Positions 26,710 to 38,225 of a stretch of DNA of 64,000 bases are shown piece by piece. Source of the DNA: Eledone cirrhosa. Taxonomy: Eukaryota. The translations under genes and the position numbers were made by a program. The stretch covers positions 49,600,001 to 49,664,000 of the forward strand of contig OZ024745.1 of NCBI GenBank assembly GCA_964016885.1, given 5' to 3'. The notes beneath the pieces were generated by a model that had not been told where the DNA came from, did not search any database, and was given only the letters and a program-made list of their open reading frames with translations. How positions within the stretch are numbered: position 1 is the stretch's first letter; each line of letters begins with the position of its first letter.

Positions 26710-26896
26710 TATAGATGAGATTCTACAGGACTAGAACTGTTTCATTCTTTAGAAATCATCAGGAATCCTGGTGATTTCTAAAGAATGAAACAGTTCTAGT
26801 CCTGTAGAATCTCATCTATATTAAAACTTTTATACTCTGCAATGTATTGAGTACCTTACTTACTGTGGTTACCTCCGATTCAACCCGGAATAACGT
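26706..26896 (+). mobile_element. PLE pLTR fragment with a near-perfect 58-bp-arm hairpin and opposite-facing hammerheads
   Basis: 26706-26763 is the reverse complement of 26767-26824 with one mismatch. Minus strand attc-CTGATGA-tttctaaagaat-GAAA-cagttctagtcctg-TA-gaat; the plus copy has CTGGTGA. (TA)n on both sides. Confidence 0.8.
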
Positions 26897-27181
26897 ATAT
26901 ATATATATATATATAAGCAAAGCTGATATTCAATTTGTTGGTAATTCAACAAATATAAATGTTTATAACTGATTCAAAGCACTCGACAGATTTTCTGGAG
27001 TATAATATTCAATGATATTAAATAAATGGAAACTATATTTATAGAATCATATTTATTCTATTATATATATTTCAAGGGTACCAAAACTTTGGTACGCACT
27101 CATCAGATAAAATACAAAGTTTGTTTTATAAATATTGACATAACCAGGAAAGAAGAACTTAACGGTTCAAGTTTTTCCTGG

Positions 27182-27923
27182 AAATTTATAAATTTCCGGT
27201 TGGTTAGTTGGTTCCACAACCGGAAGGTTGTTCATATATTGTATAGATAAGAAATGCATAATCTATAAACTAAGCCACCATATTAACTGTAAAACTAGAA
27301 ACATAGTATATAGTATAAGATGTACTGAAGGACAATGTAAAGATAAGAATATAATGTACATAGGTGAGACATTTCGTAGTATAGGAGAACGATTAAATGA
27401 ACACTGGCGAGAGCTTCAAGATAGAAAAGAGTCATCAGTACTCCACCAACATGCTAAAATAGAAGATAAGGGCAAATTAGAGAACATAGAAATAAAAATA
27501 AAATAAAATCTACACACAGAAAAGACGCAATGTTTAGACAAATCACAGAGGCAATAAACATAAATTAACTCCAACCAAAATTAAATAGAAAACATGAGTG
27601 GAACAGCAACATCACAACTTACAATTAAGGACAAAATGAAAACACACACACATAGAAAAAACAACCAACCAGTAACATGTAAATAAACAAATAAAGAAAT
27701 AAAAACACACACAGACACCCGGATGTAACACATGCGCAAACTAAGCACATAACACACACAAAAACAAGATGGCGTAGGACAGAACAAAGGAGAGGCACAA
27801 AAACAAAGAAAAGAATCCCCAGTCACTGAAGAGGTCACAAAATGTGTGACGAAAGAACTTTGACAATATATGAACAACCGTCCGGTTGTGGAACCAGCCA
27901 ACCAACGGGAAATTTATAAATTT
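27182..27923 (+). mobile_element. PLE fragment: GIY-YIG endonuclease relic, hammerhead and inverted terminal duplication
   Basis: INCKTRNIVYSIRC..C..MYIGETFRSIGERLNEH. Hammerhead at 27822-27864: gtca-CTGAAGA-ggtcaca..tgtgac-GAAA-gaac-TT-tgac. 27182-27224 is inverted at 27881-27923. Confidence 0.8.
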
Positions 27924-28259
27924 TTAAATTTATAATTTAATTTATAATAAATTGGAGTGAAAGTAACTGGTGCGTGTGTTTCTTATTGGCAACATGACCC
28001 CCCCAAAGTATAACAATATCGGTTTCAACACACGTTTTCAGATAAAGAATCTTGCTAAACAAATTCAGAAACGATATATATATATATATATATCACTCAT
28101 GCATACATACAAACAAGCACGTACAACTAAAACCCCTGTATATATATATGTATATATATATATATATAAGGCTAATCAGCCCATGTACATAGTACATAGG
28201 CGAAAACCTATATATTTTCGCCTGTACCAAATTCTGGCAGAGAGCAGGTTGGGTGAAGC

Positions 28260-28301
28260 ACTGTCTTGATGATGGCTGTATGCCAGAAACGTGTCGACAG
28301 T
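28260..28301 (+). ncRNA. Minimal type I hammerhead motif (core C>T) in a (TA)n-flanked fragment, 28170-28440
   Basis: actgtc-TTGATGA-tggctgtatgcca-GAAA-cgtg-TC-gacagt. Confidence 0.7.
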
Positions 28302-28604
28302 TATCCTCTATTGCTTCTGCTAGAATCTTTTAGATTTCAAAATTCATAGCTAAAGGGCTTTCAAAATGTTTATTCGTAAACATACCGTAGATCATTAGAT
28401 ATACAAAATTCACATACAGCTATGTCGGATCGAAAACATATATATACTGTATATATATATATATTATAAAGACCTCAGCCGTCGGGCACTAACACATTAC
28501 AATACTTACACGCTAGTTTCCTAAGTATCGAATACTTAGCTGTACAATGGTTTGACTAGTCTCAACTGGTAACTCTAATAAATGTGTGTATGTGTGTGTG
28601 TGTA

Positions 28605-29482
28605 TGAGGTGCGGGCGTTTCATAAAGTATATCTAGATGTATTCAGACGTATGAAAAGGAGCAAAAACTACACATTTACGCTGTGAGACCGACACGAACC
28701 CGTACCGACATATTTGATTTATGATATGCGTTCCTGCTCTCTAAGTTCAAATCTCGCCGGGGTCATCTTTAGCTTTCATCCTTTCAAGGTCGATAAAAAA
28801 AAGTACTAGTCTAGTACTGGGTCGATTCTTCCTCTATATCTCTCTCTTATTTCATCTCTCTCACTTTCTATCTTTTTCTGGAAGAAAACTGTTGCACTTA
28901 GGCCTGGAGAAGGATGGGCTCTGCTAGTGTTAAAATTCCCAAGAAACGTCAACACAGCGTCCCTACGGTTCCTACAGGAGTTACGGGACCATACATACTT
29001 GACAGTGTACCCTTGCTGTCAATAACAACAGAATATACATTTATCGGTCTTCAATATTGAATTAGATAAACCGAAACATCAAATAAGTCGGTTTAAGTCG
29101 GTACGCATGTAGGTTTACCCCTTTTTAATATAAGTGGTCCGCTACAAAATAACCTCCTAAAATCGAGGGTACAGAGTATTAGAGAGTGGACAAAATATTG
29201 TATTCGAAAGTCGGTACGGGTTCGAATCTCATTGGTGCCGCTTTTCTGTCTCTTTCAGTTGTGTCTCTGCTTATAATGTCAGACATTATTTCGGAAGTTG
29301 ATTGTATTACGTCGGAGTCACCTTTATTAAGAGAACACAGTTTGTTCTATAGCACCGAATATACCACAAAATCAAATATGTCGGTACGGGTTCGTGTCGG
29401 TCTCACAGCGTAAATGTGTAGTTTTTGTTCCTTTTCATACGTCTGAATACATCTAGATATACTTGACGAAACACCCGCACCT

Positions 29483-29484
<2 letters not shown>
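28605..29484. mobile_element. Element with ~115-bp inverted termini (Tc1/mariner-like MITE or inverted duplication)
   Basis: 28605-28720 is inverted at about 29369-29484; TA flanks both ends; the interior holds a SINE fragment and a B-box-like GGTTCGAATC at about 29219. Confidence 0.65.
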
Positions 29485-29552
<68 letters not shown>

Positions 29553-29588
29553 GTTAAAAGAATAGAGGTGTAACACACAAGTTATTAT

Positions 29589-30030
29589 ATATTGGTAAAC
29601 GGAATAGAAAATGCTGACAAATTGTTCACAGTTGAAAAATGGTTTAATTAGGAATAAAAGAGTATTAGTGATTGTATGGGTTAGTATTCAGTTGTGGTTT
29701 TAAGTTTTTAATACATTCACATGACCTCTACCGACCAATCAAAATTGTTTTGACCACAAGAATTTTTGCAACACCAAAGTAACGCTGGAGCCACTTTTTT
29801 TAACATAAAAACAGGTAGAATTCCCAAAACTAATCAGATCAGAGCAAACAGCACGGACACTCTATCTCAAAATTATTTTTGAAAAGCATTTAGAAATGCG
29901 CAACCGGTAAAAACTTAAAAACTTTAAACCACAACTGAATACTGACCCATACAATCACTAATACTCTTTTATTCCTAATTAAACCATTTTTCAACTGTGA
30001 ACAATTTGTCAGCATTTTCTATTCCGTTTA

Positions 30031-30036
<6 letters not shown>
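29589..30036. mobile_element. (TA)n-embedded fragment with ~120-bp inverted repeat (PLE-like architecture)
   Basis: 29589-29710 is the near reverse complement of about 29915-30036. No clear hammerhead. Confidence 0.55.
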
Positions 30037-30098
<62 letters not shown>

Positions 30099-30135
30099 TA
30101 TAATGTATATATATATAATGTATATATATATATAC

Positions 30136-30232
<97 letters not shown>

Positions 30233-30239
30233 TATAATG

Positions 30240-30271
<32 letters not shown>

Positions 30272-30278
30272 TATAATG

Positions 30279-30310
<32 letters not shown>

Positions 30311-30317
30311 TATAATG

Positions 30318-30349
<32 letters not shown>

Positions 30350-30395
30350 TATAATGTATATATATATATATATATATACATATATATAATGTATA

Positions 30396-30453
<58 letters not shown>

Positions 30454-30478
30454 TATAACGTATATATATGTATATATA
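30035..30478. repeat. Interrupted (TA)n tract with recurring CATATATATAATG unit
   Basis: Read directly. Confidence 0.9.
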
Positions 30479-31292
30479 CGTAAAGTTAAACTAGCATACT
30501 CCTGCGCTAAGAACATGAAGGCCCACATCACCAGCAGCCCTAGGAGCAACACCCCACCAGGGTGCTCTTGCTGTAAGCCTGAAGCTTGTCCCCTTCAACA
30601 GCAATGCAACACACCAGCTGTAATTTAGGAAGCTGTGGTCACTTCCAACCGACCAAACAAACCACAGGAGGTCAAATCCTATGTGGGCATGGCGGAGGGC
30701 CGATTTAAGGAACGTTTCCTGAACCACCAGTCTACCTTCAGGTACTCGGACAGACATTCATCTACGAAACTCGCGAGCCACGTATGGTCCCTCAAGGACT
30801 CAAGTATAGACTACTCCATTCAATGGAAAGCCATCACTAAGTCCAAGCCATACTCAAGGGGAAATCCGACGTGTGGCTTACGTATTGACGAACGAATAAC
30901 TATTCTAAAGAGATTACGCAATAGTGATTGCCTAAACACGAGAAATGAATTTTTCACACGTTGTCCACACGTCACCAAACACTTATTGCATAACTACAAG
31001 GCTCTGGACTGATTCTTTGTAATTTTAGTTTCAACCTAAAAACTTTTCTGACTTTCTCAGTTATCTCCCTTACACCTCTCGCACGCAGTCTAGTATTGCC
31101 TGTGTGAAGTGACCGGGTTTCTGCGCATGCGCATTCGTACGGTTGTCCTTCCTGTTCCTATAACCATGCCCATTCCGAGCTGAGGATCCGCTAAGGTGAA
31201 ACAATTGTTCTCGTGTAACCACTTCTACCTAACTCGTCCCATGGACTGAGTGCTCTACCCCTACGGATATTACCTTCCAGTGTTCCACCACT
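30479..31292 (+). mobile_element. 5'-truncated Penelope-like element: C-terminal GIY-YIG endonuclease, 3' pLTR with hammerhead
   Basis: [73 protein letters not shown], with one in-frame stop at 30626. Both ends in (TA)n. Confidence 0.88.
31176..31213 (+). ncRNA. Minimal type I hammerhead ribozyme motif
   Basis: cgag-CTGAGGA-tccgctaaggt-GAAA-caattg-TT-ctcg; palindromic stem III. Confidence 0.75.
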
Positions 31293-31761
31293 ATATATAT
31301 ATATATATACATTTCAAGAATACATATGTGCATACATGAGAATATACATCATATGCATGATTATGAAATATACTTTTAGAATGTCCATATAAATATATGC
31401 ATTTGTGTGCATGTATGTATACGTCTGTGTGGGTTTGTGAGTGTGTGTGTGTGTGTGTGCGTGTGTTTGTGAGTGTACTGGTGTAGACTAGATTTTAGAA
31501 GTATTGGATTGCTATATAAATAAACGTTCATATATATGTATGTAGAGATGCTCTTAAATATGTGTTTGTGTGTGCGAGTTTATTTCTCCGTATATGTATG
31601 TGAGATTCTCTATGTACACATATGTATATGTGTATGTATGTACGTATTTATGTATGTGTGCATACATGCATGAATGTACGTAAGTATTATATATGTATGT
31701 ATGTATGTTTGTATGTATGTATCTATCTATCTATATATATATATATATGTGTGTGTGTTGA

Positions 31762-31837
<76 letters not shown>

Positions 31838-32706
31838 ATGGATCCGCGTATGTGTGTATACGTGGAACAAACTGTTTGTATTAATGCTACGCTGATTCCC
31901 ACGTCATGAAATTATTTATATTCAGTCCTTCATCCATTCCCAATACAACTACATATAGATTTATATAGAGCGATAGTAGATATCAAACATATTCTGAGAC
32001 ATTCTTTCATCGTCTACTTGAATATAAGTGGAAAATAATAGCTTTGTCTTGCCTCGGAGAACAGCACAGTCTCACTCTAACTTTGTTCTATATTTACTCT
32101 GATTATTATTGTGAAAACAATAAAATGTTCCTTGTGTTCTTTGTGTATTTTACACTTTGCAGCTGACCATATGTATTTTAAGAGCAATCATGAAAGAACG
32201 GTCACATGATCATTTCCATCCTTGACATTTACTAATGCCCTTCCCGTTTTGTTGGCGGCCTCGTAATCTCCCTCAGCCGCCACTTCAAAACATCAGTACA
32301 GTCTCAGAGAAAAAAAAAAAAAAGGTCAAGCCGGTTTTAGTTACCAATGTTCTTTAGAAGGTATATTATATTAGACATTTGGTTGTAGTCGGTTATTCTT
32401 AGGGTTGACACAATAAAAGAATTATATTTGTATTTCTTTTGTAAATTGCAACTGTTAATCTTATCACGTGATTTTTGATATTCAAGGCTGGAAAATATAC
32501 CATGATTTTATTTTATTTATTCATTTATTTATTTATTCATTTAACCCTTTAGCATTTCAGAGAAATTTACTAGTGTTGCTAACAGCAGAACAAAATGCTA
32601 CACATAAAGCGTTAAATAACTGTATTTCAGCAGCCACTGGACAGATAATAGTATGTTAGTTTAGAATAAATAATAAAAGTATACAGTTAATATGATATAG
32701 TAAATA

Positions 32707-32900
32707 TCATCATCATCATCATCATCATCGTTTAACATCTATCTTCCACGCTAGCATGGGTTTAGACGCGAATTGTCCCACTTGAGGCAAGATTGGTTGT
32801 CTTGTCCGTATAGGACTGTCTGGCAGGTTTTCTACGGCTGGATGCCCTTCCTAACACCAACCACGTTTACAGTGTGGACAGGGAGGTTTTTACCGTGTTA
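32707..32900 (-). mobile_element. SINE/LINE 3' end with (GAT)n tail
   Basis: (CAT)n followed by CGTTTAAC...CTAGCATGGG and TTTCTACGGCTGGATGCCCTTCCTAAC, which I recall as a common mollusc repeat motif. Confidence 0.55.
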
Positions 32901-33117
32901 CCTACACGGCCACATTACAGCGTGGACTGTGTGTTTTTTTGTCGTGACACCTACACAACCTCATTTATTTAGGACTGGATGTTGTGATACCAACATAAAT
33001 TTACAGAGAAAGGGTGTAGATGGGGTGGGGGTCTATTTTTGGTTAAGAGGTGCCTACTGACTGTAGGTTTCGCTTTGTAGGCAAGACGGGTCTTCAGTAT
33101 TATATATATATATATAT

Positions 33118-33301
33118 AACAAAGGAATTGTGGTAAGGAACCAGATGGACCATAACGCACCAGAGTACTCAATACTTAGGGTAGTAGAGTGGGAAATAGG
33201 AAAAAGTATGACCCCGACGGCAGAGCTCAAGCCGTTTCGACGGCTATTTCAGAAATAGCCGTCGAAACAGCTTGAGCTCTGCCGTCGGGTCATACTTTTT
33301 G

Positions 33302-33302
<1 letters not shown>
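33118..33302 (-). mobile_element. PLE-type 3' fragment with a 100-bp fold-back (33201-33300)
   Basis: Hairpin centred on 33251. Each arm has the hammerhead 3' half GAAA-cggc..gccg-TC. (TA)n on both sides. Confidence 0.7.
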
Positions 33303-33343
<41 letters not shown>

Positions 33344-33344
33344 C

Positions 33345-33822
33345 AGGTCCAAACACAATGGAACCAAACTCCCACTGTCACTGCCTTAGCCTCTCCCGAT
33401 CTCCTCGGCTCTCACTATTGTGAGCAAATGGGAGCCACCCAGCTGGCCACCCCGCTGTCCCGGCGGACAGAATAGAGAAGGCATTTCCTCGGATGATGGT
33501 GAAGGAGACGCACTGGAAGATCCATTCCAGTTCGCGAGACTCACACCTGCGGGTAGCCAACTCTGTGCCGATGGTGGTAAATAAGGAGGTGGTCCTCGGG
33601 CCAAGGACACCAGAAGTCTCTACTCCTACGGGCTCGACCGCAAACCTGTCGGAGAGCGACCGATATTTGGAGAGTTTACTCTCCTCGGCCCGAAATGCAG
33701 CAGAGCTTGGGTTAGTCGCAGACTGCACCAGGTTACCGCTGAAGAATGTTTCGCTGCGTGTGGCATCGCAGATGAGAGGTTTATCACAGCGGAACGGGAA
33801 GATGATCATGCCGCCTGGCCTA
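33345..33822 (-). pseudogene. 3' fragment of a CRE-like non-LTR retrotransposon (restriction-like endonuclease domain)
   Basis: RPGG(RPDG-like)..CDAT..AAFRAEESKLSKY..PVGVETSGVLG..IFQCVSFTIIRGNAFSIL matches the typical CRE C-terminus. The 3' end abuts a (TG)/(TA) microsatellite. Confidence 0.75.
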
Positions 33823-35450
33823 TGTTAGTATTACTACTGTTTCCTACTTTTAATCTTTGTCAGAATTTGATCAATATTTTTCTGTTTATTCGTTATTCCA
33901 AGGAATGATACAATTGTGCAATATTGATAACTACTTTTAGACTGTAAGATACGGCTAACCGGGAAAATTTGCACTTTTATATAAAGGCTTTAACGTAGGC
34001 AAGTTTGAATAGTACGGGAGCGGGGGAAGCCAATTGAACATGTGAGCTGCGAGTCCACTGAATAGAGATATTAACATTAAGCAGAATATCTTATAGTCTG
34101 TGCAAATGGAAAATCCATTCATCAAAATTTTGTCAGATATTCATTATTTCTTTCTTGTATAGTAAATGTCTTCTACTGCGGAGTTGAATTTGTATTTGTT
34201 TTACTGTTTACTGTCTGTGAAACGTGTTTGTTTTAGTTCGATATTTTGGGGCTGAGAAATGGTCTCTGATGCTGTAGCTATTTTATTTGTTTTAGAGTAG
34301 CAAAAGAGGACATTTGGGTGGGGGAGTATGGTTTGGTTTGGCAGGAATCATGGGAACAGGTTGGTGTTCGGTTTAGAGTGTTTGCTGGGCTTTAGTAGAC
34401 TGATTGGAGCAATAACAATCTTAATTACGTATATTTCCATCTCTCTCTCTCTCTCTCTCTCTCTTATTCTCTCTCTCTCTCGATTTGTATGCCTCCATTG
34501 CTTCCTTTCTCTCTGACTCTTTCGTTCACCATTTCTACCTCTATCCCTCTCTCTGTTCTTTCTTTCCCTCTTTTTTATCTCTTTCGCTGATCCTCTCACT
34601 CCACCTCTTTCTATCCATTTCGTCCACTGTTTCTTTCCCGATTCCTCATTATCCCCCTCTCTCTCTCTATTCTTTCTCCCACTCTCTCTCCCTATTATCA
34701 CAAAAACAACAATACACCCCCCACCCCACCCCCAATACACTGATATAGTTACTACCTTCTCCTCACTTTTATCTTCACTGGTTAGTCTAGTCTAGTACCT
34801 GCTGATTTTCCAGCACTCTGATCCACCCAAAGTATTATTTCCTTTCTGTCTTCCATTTCCCGAAGAAGCAGACAACAGTTCCTCATATATTTTCTGTAAC
34901 CTTTTCAAGTACCGAGAAACAACTGTCATTTTACATGATGTAATTCAATATTTCATAAATGAAACTGCACCACGATAACAGACTAGTAGAAATATCAACT
35001 TAGGGATGTAGATGAAATGAATGGCAAAAGATGTACAACTTTCCCATTCACCTAAGCTCGTTCATTCATATGTCGTAATTAAAGTAAAAGTTATCTATTC
35101 CAGTAATATTATAGTAAAATCAGAGTAGCACCTTCTCTTCTCTTTCTTTCGTGTTTCCTTTCTTTTATTTTTTTTTTAGTCAGAGAAGGTAGAACTGTGG
35201 CCATGATCCATTACAGAACCCCGGGGCAGATGGACGGCGGGTAGGAAGAAGCAGTCTTCATACCGGAGACCTTGCTTCAATATTTGCTACAAAGTGGACT
35301 CCGCAAAAAAAGGAACTCAGGGTAGGTGTTGATATTAAATTGGGCAGCGGATTGAGTCTACCATCCAAGTAGATCCCAGCGGGGTTCGAATTCAGAACGC
35401 AAACAGTCGGAAGAAAATGCAGCAAGGCAACTCAACCGGTTCTCTAATAA

Positions 35451-37432
35451 CACCGTGTAACAAAAAAAATATTTTTCTCTGTTCCTGGGTTGTAATCACT
35501 TTTTTTTGTGTTGCTTAGGTCCCAAATAAATATAAAAAAAGTGCTATTAAGCAGTTAAAAAGTTTGGGTTTGTAAAAATTCTAAGCTATTCACTAGAATT
35601 ATTTTTATGCTGGATTTTACGTTTAATTTGCTTATGTTAAATGATTTTATTATATATGTTTCAGGTTAAATTAAAATTATAAAATAAAGAGTAATACCTA
35701 AAGAAAATTATAAAAGTGCAATAAAGTATAAAATTGTTAAAAAGTGGATTAAAGAGATTTATTGATACTGGATTTTCGCACCCTGAATAAAGGGTAAGTT
35801 GTGTTTTAAGCACGAATTTTCATTAGTATGATTAGTGTTCTTTTATATTATTTAAATATGTATTTCCCTTTCCAATATTTATTTTGTATTGCATATCAAA
35901 TTTATTTTCCAAGACAAGTATTCTGATGAAGAGGAGGAGATGGATGCTGAGGACTTGGATTACCTGCCTGAGGTACCAGAAAATGTTCCTCACTTCCCAA
36001 ACCAAAAAGAAGTCAATGACTTGGTCAGGGATATGGGTCTGACCAAGTCCAATGCAGAGCTATTCGTCTCCAGGATGAAGCAGGGGAACTTGGTCAAGGA
36101 GGAAGTGCAGGTGACAAGTCAGAGAAGTCGACACGAACCTTTCTCAGGCTTTTGCAATCTCAGGGATGGCCTCTGCTTCTGCCATGACGTGCCTGGACTG
36201 TTTGACGTTATTGGGGTGCCGTTTGTGCCCAAGGAGTGGCGGCTATTTATAGACAGCTCCACCACAAGTTTCAAGGCTGTCCTCCTCCACAATGGAAACA
36301 AGTTCCCGACACTGCCCCTAGCTCATTCAGTCTGCCTGAAGGAAGATTACTACAGTGTGAAAGTCCTCATGGAAGCTCTGCAATACAACCAGTACAATTG
36401 GGAAATCATTGGAGACTTCAAGATGGTGGCTTTCCTGCTTGGACTCCAAGGAGGCATTATCAAATTCCAATGCTTCCTCTGCCTTTGGGACAGCATAGCC
36501 ACCTCTGACCACTACAAAAGAAAGAACTGGGAGCAGCGAACAAAATTTGTAGTTGGGACCCGGAACGTCATGTGGGAGCCACTGGTTGATCCCAGGATTG
36601 TGCTCATGCCGCCACTGCACATTAAGTTGGGTTGATGAAGCAGTTTGTGAAGGCTCTCAACCAAGAATCAGCCGCTTTTAAGTACCTTCTTGAGTTCTTC
36701 CCCAAGTTATCTGAGGCCAAAATCAAAGGTGGAATTTTTGTTGGACCTCAGATAAAGAAGGTGTTTGAGTCTACCGAGTTCTCCAATAAGCTCAATAGGA
36801 TTGAGAGAACAGCATGGAACTGTTTCAAGGCAGTTGTTAAGGTCTTCCTGGGCAACTACAGAGCTGAAAACTACCAGCAACTGGTGCAGGATCTGATAAA
36901 GGCTTTTGGCACCATGGGATGCAGGATGTCGCTTAAACTCCATATGCTGGACGCTCACCTGGAAAACTTCAAGGACAATATGGGCGCCTACTCAGAAGAA
37001 CAAGGCGAACGATTCCACCAAGATGTGAAAGAGATAGAGCGGAGGTACCAGGGCCACTACAATGAAAGAATGATGGGGGACTATATCTGGGGGCTAGTGT
37101 GGGAATGCGACCTGGACTACAACGCAAATCCAGGAAATCCAGTCATGTCTGACGTGTATAAGTTGATTTATAAGTGTTATTTGTTTTTACTTGTTTGCTT
37201 TTGATAAGCTTGTGAAATAAAATAAATATATACTCTGTTGATTTAATTATATGAACTGATAAATTTTTTAAAAATGTGTTTTTTCTTGAAAAATATGAAA
37301 ATTTCGAAATATCAAACTCCTGACCACAAACCCAAACTTCTGATTAAATAATAGTGTTTTTTATAATAATGGGATATAACAAACCATGAAATGACACTTA
37401 GAACCGGGGAACAAAAAATATGTTACACGGTG
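35451..37432 (+). mobile_element. Chapaev3-type (CMC superfamily) DNA transposon, internally deleted
   Basis: TIRs CACCGTGTAACA / TGTTACACGGTG; TSD TAA at 35448-35450 and 37433-37435; internal transposase. Confidence 0.88.
35913..37160 (+). pseudogene. Chapaev-type transposase catalytic region, single frameshift near 36633
   Basis: WRLFIDSS..KAVLLHNGN, IIGDFKMV, CFLCLWDS, PPLHIKLG/[L]MKQFVKAL, GIFVGPQI, SEEQGERFHQD, MMGDYIW. The N-terminal zinc-finger region is absent. Confidence 0.85.
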
Positions 37433-37459
37433 TAATTCCGCCAGTCCACTGCATATGAA

Positions 37460-38225
37460 CTGATAATTTATCTTATCGACACCCGAAAGGATGGAAAACC
37501 AAGTTGCCCTGGGTAGAATTTGAATTCAGAGAACAGAGTGCCAGAATAAATACGGTAAGGTATTTTGTCGTACACTCCTACGACTTTGCCACTTCTTCAG
37601 TTTAAATTTAGTATTCACGGTATTTATTGAAATAACACTGGTTATATATATGAATCTCAGTTGATGGAATTTCAAGGTGAGAAAAATTACTCTTCTTCGT
37701 AGATTCACTGAATTGTTAGAACGTCAGACGATACGTTCTGAGTTCAAATCCCACTAAGGTCAACTTTTTCTTTCATCCTTTTTGGGGTCGATAAAATAAA
37801 GTCCTAGTAAAGTACTATGGTTGATATGAGTGACTCCGCTCTCCTCAAAAATGGTTGGCCTTGTGCCTAACTTAGAAACCATTATTATTATAAAAGTGAG
37901 GTCAACTTTGCCTTTCAATCATCTAAGATTGATCAAATAAAGTACCAGTCAAGTACTGGGGGTCAATATAATAAACTTATCTCTCCCCTCAAAATTGCAG
38001 CCTTTGTGTCTAGATTAGAAACCATTATAAAGGCTGTAAATTAGTGGAGTCGTTAGAATGTTGGATTAAAGCTTCGCATTATTTGTTCCGGTTCCCTGTG
38101 TACTACTGAGTTCAAATCCCGTTCAGATCAACTTTACCTTTCATCTTTCCAGGATCGATAAGATAAAGAAGCAGACAAGTATTCGGTTGAAATGACTGGC
38201 CTTGTACCTAAATTACAAATCATTA
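37460..38225. mobile_element. Cluster of about four SINE copies or fragments
   Basis: One minus-strand copy (37460-37590) and three tandem plus-strand copies (about 37705, 37898, 38030) with core and tail. Confidence 0.75.

Noticed and set aside
28470-28566. Possible second rearranged hammerhead on the minus strand (ctag-TC...GAAA-ctag...CTGAGG)
   Set aside because: Stem I strands are not complementary, the core is imperfect, and there is a single copy with no covariation.
29430-29485. Possible hammerhead (CTGAATA...GAAAC)
   Set aside because: Non-canonical core and no stem I or stem III partner with a UH site in register.
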